Under the pieces are notes generated by a model. The model saw only the letters and a program-made list of their open reading frames with translations, was not told the origin of the DNA and made no database searches. Shown here piece by piece: positions 57,421-64,000 of a stretch of 64,000 nt of DNA (positions are counted from its first letter, which is position 1; each line of letters begins with the position of its first letter). Source of the stretch: Tubulanus polymorphus (Eukaryota > Animalia > Nemertea); the NCBI RefSeq assembly GCF_964204645.1, contig NC_134029.1, positions 8,954,850 to 9,018,849 on the forward strand, written 5' to 3'. The position numbers were made by a program, and so were the translations under genes.

Positions 57421-57563
57421 GAGCCGGTTCCATGGTCAAGACTTAACACCAAATGTGATCTTAAATCTTAAGACTGGTCTTAAGTTGTTAGATTGGCTAT
57501 TGGACTGTAAGTTGGCCTTAACGGTCTTAAGTCTAAGCATTGACTTTACTTTAGAACCGGTCC
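57421..57563. mobile_element. palindromic PIF/Harbinger-like MITE
   Basis: gagccggttc..gtcaagactta / taagcattgac..gaaccggtcc, internal cttaagac/gtcttaag, with cag/ctg flanks. Confidence 0.72.
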
Positions 57564-59620
57564 CTGGGGATATAGGGTATTGTCAATCGGCTTTTTCGAG
57601 TCTCTCCCCCTACTCTATTGCAAGAATATAGAACGTGAATTAAAAGCTCCCATTGGGTCGAGCGTTACGCAGGTTCACTTAGGTAAGATTTCCAGAAGCC
57701 TAAGCACTTTACACAATGGCGGTTCTTTTTGAACGAAAACGATACGATATCCTCTATGAAGATAACCCAGAACAATTGATCATCCAACTCGTTTATTTGT
57801 TTATCGTTGTGCTTCAGAAATTCGTCCAACTCTTTTATCTTTCTAATGTCGAATCTGCGCGTAATCTATCTTTTTAACATCAACATTAGGCGAGCTCTCT
57901 ATTCTGGAGTCGGGATTTCGACGAAACTTTTATTCCACTCAAACTAACAGCATCCGCTGTATCTAATGCCGTTTCGACTGCCGCCATGAAGATAAAACAT
58001 TGAAGTACTTCGCCCGTTAAACAGTTACACGATACTCAACTAGCAATGCTGCTTGAACTAATACGTTACCAAGATGAATCTAGAGTCATTTTCGATTGGA
58101 GATGACACCGAGCTTTCAACATTACGAGACCAAAAAAATGAAAACATATTCTTGAAGTTGTTGATTCTTTCTTTTTAGTTGAAATTTATATCGTAAATGA
58201 GTTCACCCGTATAACCTATTCAGGTATTGTCGAACAAAGGTCGGAGTCTGCTATAGAGAGATGCGATAACCGTCTAAAACACGACATCATTAGATGTCGT
58301 CTTTGGTCTCGAAGAAGACACGGAAAGGGGTCGTGGCCTGATTACTGACGGCTAACTAAACACCTTAAAATATTGGGAGAATATGGACGGCATATTCGTC
58401 AGTCGGATATAAGGAAACATCTAGGGAATAATAACAAGTTTTTAAATATTTACCGGTACCATTTCTACGTGGGAATCTAAAGGATCTTGCAGATAATGTT
58501 TGATAAGTTTGCTATTGAAAACGATGGAACTTTTCTTCTGCAACTAACGAGTTTAAAGTGTCAATCTTATTTTGCCGACTGAGATTAATATACCGAAATG
58601 ATACGACAATCAGCGACGAAAAACCTCGAAAATCCTCCGCATTTAAACCTTTGGCATTAGAATTGCGATCGCCCTTTTATCTAATTTTATTTTCTGTTTA
58701 AGTTTTCGCGCGTTCGTTATCGTTTCTGTTCGCGTCTTTTTTTAAATAGACAAATAATAAACAATCATCATTTGTGCTTCATTCTTTGACATGCCTAGTC
58801 GTTAACATGAGGGCACAACGTTGATTCGTCAGGAGAAACACTGGAGAAAACCAGTTTTAATCAACATCTGAGGTCAATGAAACGCAATCTTTCGCAGATA
58901 TTCGATGAACGTGTTAGCAGGGCGCATAAGAACAAATATATACGAAATATAAACTTGATTTACGTATATTTTTAACTTGCAAGACAACTTCTGTTATGCG
59001 CGAGTACCGGGGTTTGAACGGGGATGGTTTTTTCAGCGCGCAAATAACATTGTTATCGTTTTATCCCGCGTGTATATGCGCGTTTCTCATTTCGCTTTGA
59101 ACATTTTTATGTAATCTCGCTTCACCGGGGCAAACCGGGTTCCCGGGGAATATCGCCGGATTAATTAATATGACTCGGGGTGAATAACGAAAAAATGTAA
59201 TCGAAATAAGTCGGGCAAATGAACTCACGCGGCGCAATCATCGGGTAGGTCTGCGTTACTTTCCGAATAATAAGTAATATTTCATATCAGCAGCTGCTGC
59301 CTTGCTTATCCCTACTGGCTATATAATAACACTGATAAATCGGGGCGTAATCCCTTTTATCCTACTCTTATCACTGGTCGGTTTTATAACCGCAAAATAA
59401 ACCCCTCGACATTTTCCCGAACTTTAGTTCAATATATCGGACATCAACAATACGTGTACGTTCTCTAGATGAAAACTAGATGAGTCGCTTATAAGCTATG
59501 TCTATAATAGACTGATTTCTCAGCTAACAAAGGTAACTGTCTGCACCTATTGAAAATACTGGGGTATTGTAGTTAGATAAATATGATTTGGTATAAAGTT
59601 TGTAATACCAAGTTTGGTAT

Positions 59621-59760
59621 ATAGCTGCCAAGCAGCGATGACGGGTTTTCTGCAAAGCCATTCAGAATGATGGGAATTGTAGTAAATTGAAATACCGATA
59701 CATAAAATAAAATGCATTGACAGATTCGAACCTAATATGCAAACACTGTGTTAACGTCAA
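59621..59760 (-). mobile_element. short HINE/Helentron-like element (tentative)
   Basis: Terminal hairpin gctgc-caa-gcagc followed by gatgacggg. The other end has aacac..gtgtt followed by aacgtcaaa, a partial inverted match to tgacg. Confidence 0.4.
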
Positions 59761-61082
59761 ATATGATTCAGCTTTGAAACCGAACATACGCGGACGTACA
59801 ATCAACAAATATTAATTTATTTGACCAGGCATTTATTTTGGCATTCAAACATCATGATACTGTATTATCACCATGCTTAAAAATGAATCTGTCCTATTGA
59901 GAACTCATCTTAAGCGCCTGCTGAGTCGATAGATTGAGTGAATTTACAGATAAGAACGTATTATGATTTAGAATAGATTGAAGAAGTTAATGTTTTTATT
60001 GAAATATTTGAATAAATACATGTACATATATTGTAGTGTAGATTCAATCAATAAATTATGAATTGATCTGGTCTGGGTTTCCGGCTGATGTTGATTTTGG
60101 CTTTTATGGATTACAAATTCTATAGTGATAAACAATTGATACCTGCAACATGTGTGTAAATCAAACCTATTCCACTAGTTGCGTGTGTTTCCTAATAAAC
60201 GGGAGAGTCACTCTTGATCTGAGTTATTAGAAAAATAATGTTCATTTAGTTATAGAAATTCATTGCCTTTTTTAAAATTCTGTAATAATATTTGTTCTTT
60301 CCTAATTTGTATTACTGTATGAACCAATGATATGCTTTGTTAATATGATGTAATAAAATAAATTTGAATTTAAATTAAATTTGAACATGAGAATCAGGCA
60401 TAACTTGTGTTTTTTTTACTTGTCTTTTGTTAACAGTTCCAGAGTTTCAATTACAATAAAATTCAAATTGGCTAAAAAAGTACATAGGACTAAATGAAAT
60501 GAACCGTTTAGTTACTGCAAACCTATTCCAGTGTTATGTCGATCGTGTTGAATCACTTTGCTTGAGTTGAAAGAATCAGATCTTCTATGGTGCAACATCG
60601 GTCGAAGAGAGATATCTTGGTGTTGACTGTCCATCTTACTTCATGCGTTGGAATCAGCATCATACTCATTTGAACTGCAAAATATTCATACAACATGAAA
60701 AACCTACAGTACATGTATACAGTAATCAAAATTTCACCGATGTTGGATATTTGAATGAATGTTAGGCTTATTTCAGTATTCTAAAGCAGGAAATAATAAG
60801 CTCAATCAATAGGCCCTATTCCCATTGGAACAATTGTATAATGCGTACAGCTGTACCGTACCCTTATCAGTCAAGAATGGAGAAATCGGTATACCAAACC
60901 TACAAACAGCAAAATGTACAGGCCTACAATGATTTCTGGTATACAAGCCGTGACCATATGAACGTTTTGGATCTAGGTTTGACTATTAATGTCAGCAGGT
61001 CAGAGAAGGCCTGGCCTAATTTAATCACATGGCTGAAATCAATTGGCCTTTCTGCGTGTGAATACTTCACTGTATTGTTTTA

Positions 61083-61505
61083 ACTAGGGGTCCAGGGACA
61101 CCATGCCCACTTGGGAAGTGGTTCCGAATGCTCAACAATCTAACAATTTCAATATTCAACGCCCCCTGGTGACCATATTCAAAACCCACTGACCTTGAAA
61201 CTCACCACAATATTAGAACATGTCACGAAGTATAACTTTGTAATTGATCATGGTAACAAAATATGCCTAGGTACCAATATAATAAGGAAATACTAAGTTA
61301 TACTACTATTCAACACCCCCTGGCGACTTAATTTCATGTACAACAAAATTTGCCAGCCCTATTCCATGTATGCTATAGAATATTATGATTCTTGGTGATA
61401 TACTTCAGTAGTTATAGCTGTTAATAACGGTTTGAGGCGACAGCGGCACACAGAATCGTCGAAATCTGCATGACCCTCTACCACTCGTCAAGCGGGGGCA
61501 TAAAA
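61083..61505 (-). mobile_element. non-autonomous Helentron-like element (HINE)
   Basis: Minus strand starts TTTTATGCCCCCG and ends GGGCAT + hairpin (ggtgtcc-ct-ggacccc) + TAGTT, i.e. asymmetric subterminal IR ATGCCC/GGGCAT with a 3' CTAG. Internal tgaccttga and two related units 154 bp apart. Confidence 0.65.
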
Positions 61506-62816
61506 GTGCACAGCTGTCGACTCAAGAGTGTCACTAGAGGGAGTCCGTTTGCAGACGAACCCTCTTTCAATATCAAAGTTCCGCCTTTCGAATTTTCTTT
61601 TGCAAATTTACATAAGTATTTTGCCTTAAAGGGTCCAGAAAAGGCCACCCTTAAGCTTAGAATTTTAAAGATTAAGATTATTAGAACATTCAAACAAATT
61701 CAAGATTCAGAAATTCTCGTTTGCCTTCGGTGTTCGGCGGATACAGCGCTAGGTACGGTACGTAGTTCCGATTGTGTTAATTCTGACCCCCTTTATAGAA
61801 TCCTAGTGACGCTGACGCGTAGTCACTATATGCCAGACGGCATCGCCAACCACAAAACAAGGCGGTGTAATGATCCAGAGCCGGCGAGAGCAAGTCAGTT
61901 ACTCGCGTAGAAATAGTAAATTTTTAACCCTTGCATAATTTGCTCCTTTGAATTATTCCCTAGATGTTTCCTTATTTTCCTTACTGAAGATATTATTATA
62001 TACCGTAGATATTATTCAAATATTCTAAGGTGTTTATTTACATAAGCCGTCGGTGTATAATCAGGCTACGACCCTGTTCAGTTTTTTTTTTCGAGATCAA
62101 AGATGACATTTAATGATGTCGTGTCTTAGACTCCGACCCGCGTTCACGAATACTTGATAGCTTATACGGATGGATTCATTAGATTTTCACGTCACCCGAG
62201 ACACAAAAAAGCTTTCAAATTAACCGGATACGTTTCACGTTTTACGCTTTCGGTACACTTTTTTGCGAGACCTAACTTCGCACTCGATCAGAAACTTCAA
62301 AGGACTATGAACGCTCTATAAAATGAAAATGTTTTTTAATACAAAATACTTTTTGATAAAAGTTCGACAAGACTTTAAAATCGATTAATCTTATTTTTTT
62401 ATTCTGATTGATTATGCCACCCAGTGGAAAACATTGGATAACTTACAAAGCTCGAATTTACACAGCACGAAAGGCAGTCAAAATGTTTGGCATGCAGGGC
62501 GAAATTCGGTTTTCTTCGCTTGTCGACTAGAGGTGCGAACTAATAACCGAACGCACTATTTAGTTCGGTCGTAACATATTTCACAGTGTAGGCCATCTTG
62601 AAAATTAGGCTGAACTACAGCGACCGCGCTCAATCACGTGGTCGACTAGTTCCGGATGATAACTGACATTCGGTTTTGTTTAGTTATAGCCGGCCGACTA
62701 ACTCCGATAACCGGAGTTCGCTGGCAGCTAGCTCCTTCGCCGACCACTCGAGGAAAAATGTTTCGGACGTCGTTGGCTAATATGAAGCTTCAATAATTGC
62801 TATATCTGAGGATAAA

Positions 62817-63108
62817 CAGAGGCGGATCTAGCTTTTGAGAATAGGGGAAGCGCACATGAAATATTGGGTCACTACTTACACGCGTTTGTGGCCGCATTGG
62901 CGCCGCGGCCTTTATCAGCAAACGCCGCAGGCGCGAAAAACCAAAGAATGAAAAATCAGATGCATTTAGGTGTATTCTGGGCACTTTCCTGGTTTGAATT
63001 AGGATCGAAATATGCTCACAATTTCACCATTTTCTTTAAAACAAATTCCAAGGTAATCTGACCGACAAAAGGGGGCGCGCGTAGCCCGCGACCCCCTGGA
63101 TCCGCCAG
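62817..63108. mobile_element. MITE, CAG.GGCGGATC-TIR family
   Basis: cagaggcggatctag ... ccccctggatccgccag; right terminus damaged. Confidence 0.75.
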
Positions 63109-64000
63109 AAAATCTCAACAAGAGCAACATTATCAGGCGTATCAGGATTCGCAGCCGTACTGCAATGAATGCCAGATTGTTATGATATTTAGTTATTTTG
63201 TCATCATCTTAGTTTCTCAATACATTTTCTCGTATGGAAAGAATCAGCGGTTGTTCACTTCTTTCTTGTTCAAAGCGAGCCGGAAACATGGCAAATTCTT
63301 TCGAGTCACGTTTCGAATAAACCGATGGACATGCTACAATCGATATCTATACAATAATCTCCCGATAGTTTTCATGTCGATCATGATAGTTTTCATGTAA
63401 CACTCAACGTGAAGTGAAGAACTGGAATTTCATACCTGCTATTCATGTATTATTTGTACAATGTCTAGTTTACCAATAATGCCATATTGTAGCGATAAGA
63501 GTGAGCTCTTGTCAACTGTGTGAAGCGGTAATTGCCCCGGCGCTTGTGGACAAGAGCCTCTTTCGTCAGCCTCATCAGAGCGCCGATATTGCTTTTCGGA
63601 TGAGACGACATGGAGTGCGTCTAGCTCGAATTGACCATCTTGTGTGTGCGCACACAAAACGAGAACGTAGGCATATTGCGACCACAAACAAACCAATAGT
63701 CAGGCCACCGAATGTGTTCATTGTTACCTTTGTATGTCTTTGCAATACCACCACACACCGAATACCACGTTGACACTATTTGTTTATTTCTCTATACTCT
63801 TTTTTGGGAAACATTTGAAACGTAATTCTAACAGTCAGAGGCAGCGGAGTTGATATCTCACCTATGTATATTATGCTTCTGAAGTGCATTTGTTACTCAG
63901 TCTCTGGGCCTGGACGCGGATGAACTAAACACAAGGCGAAAACAATTTCCTATGCTATTTGCTTTCACTCATTTTATACGTTACACTTTATTGTTTTATC

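Noticed and set aside
59868-59990. snRNA-type promoter (PSE-like tcaccatgcttaaaaatg downstream of the Staf-like motif)
   Set aside because: Downstream sequence resembles no snRNA I recognise, and the Staf-like motif appears to be inside a repeat.
61470-61910. 146-aa ORF
   Set aside because: Starts inside the HINE end; no recognisable domain or splice context.
63439-63773. Overlapping 85-90 aa ORFs and a minus-strand CTGATGA..GAAA motif
   Set aside because: No recognisable homology; the hammerhead-like motif lacks stem II and stem I pairing.

Overview
AT-rich eukaryotic (invertebrate-like) genomic DNA, not prokaryotic. I can support two protein-coding genes. One is a 10-coding-exon SLC22/organic cation transporter-like MFS gene (+, 1033..5385, 536 aa by my splicing). 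The other is a single-ORF class A peptide-type GPCR (+, 55037..55993, FMRFamide-receptor-like). Between them lie about 49 kb with no recognisable coding exon, filled with short non-autonomous elements: several MITE families with 3-, 5-, 6- and 9-bp target duplications, Helentron-like (HINE) pieces, LINE 3' ends and unclassified repeats. A tRNA-derived SINE sits in intron 1 of the transporter. The most notable signal is a set of short dispersed elements carrying minimal type I hammerhead ribozyme motifs of the Penelope-like-element kind. There are two families at five or more loci, three of them in inverted tail-out arrangements, with no reverse transcriptase ORF. All analysis was by eye; no database searches or folding programs were run.
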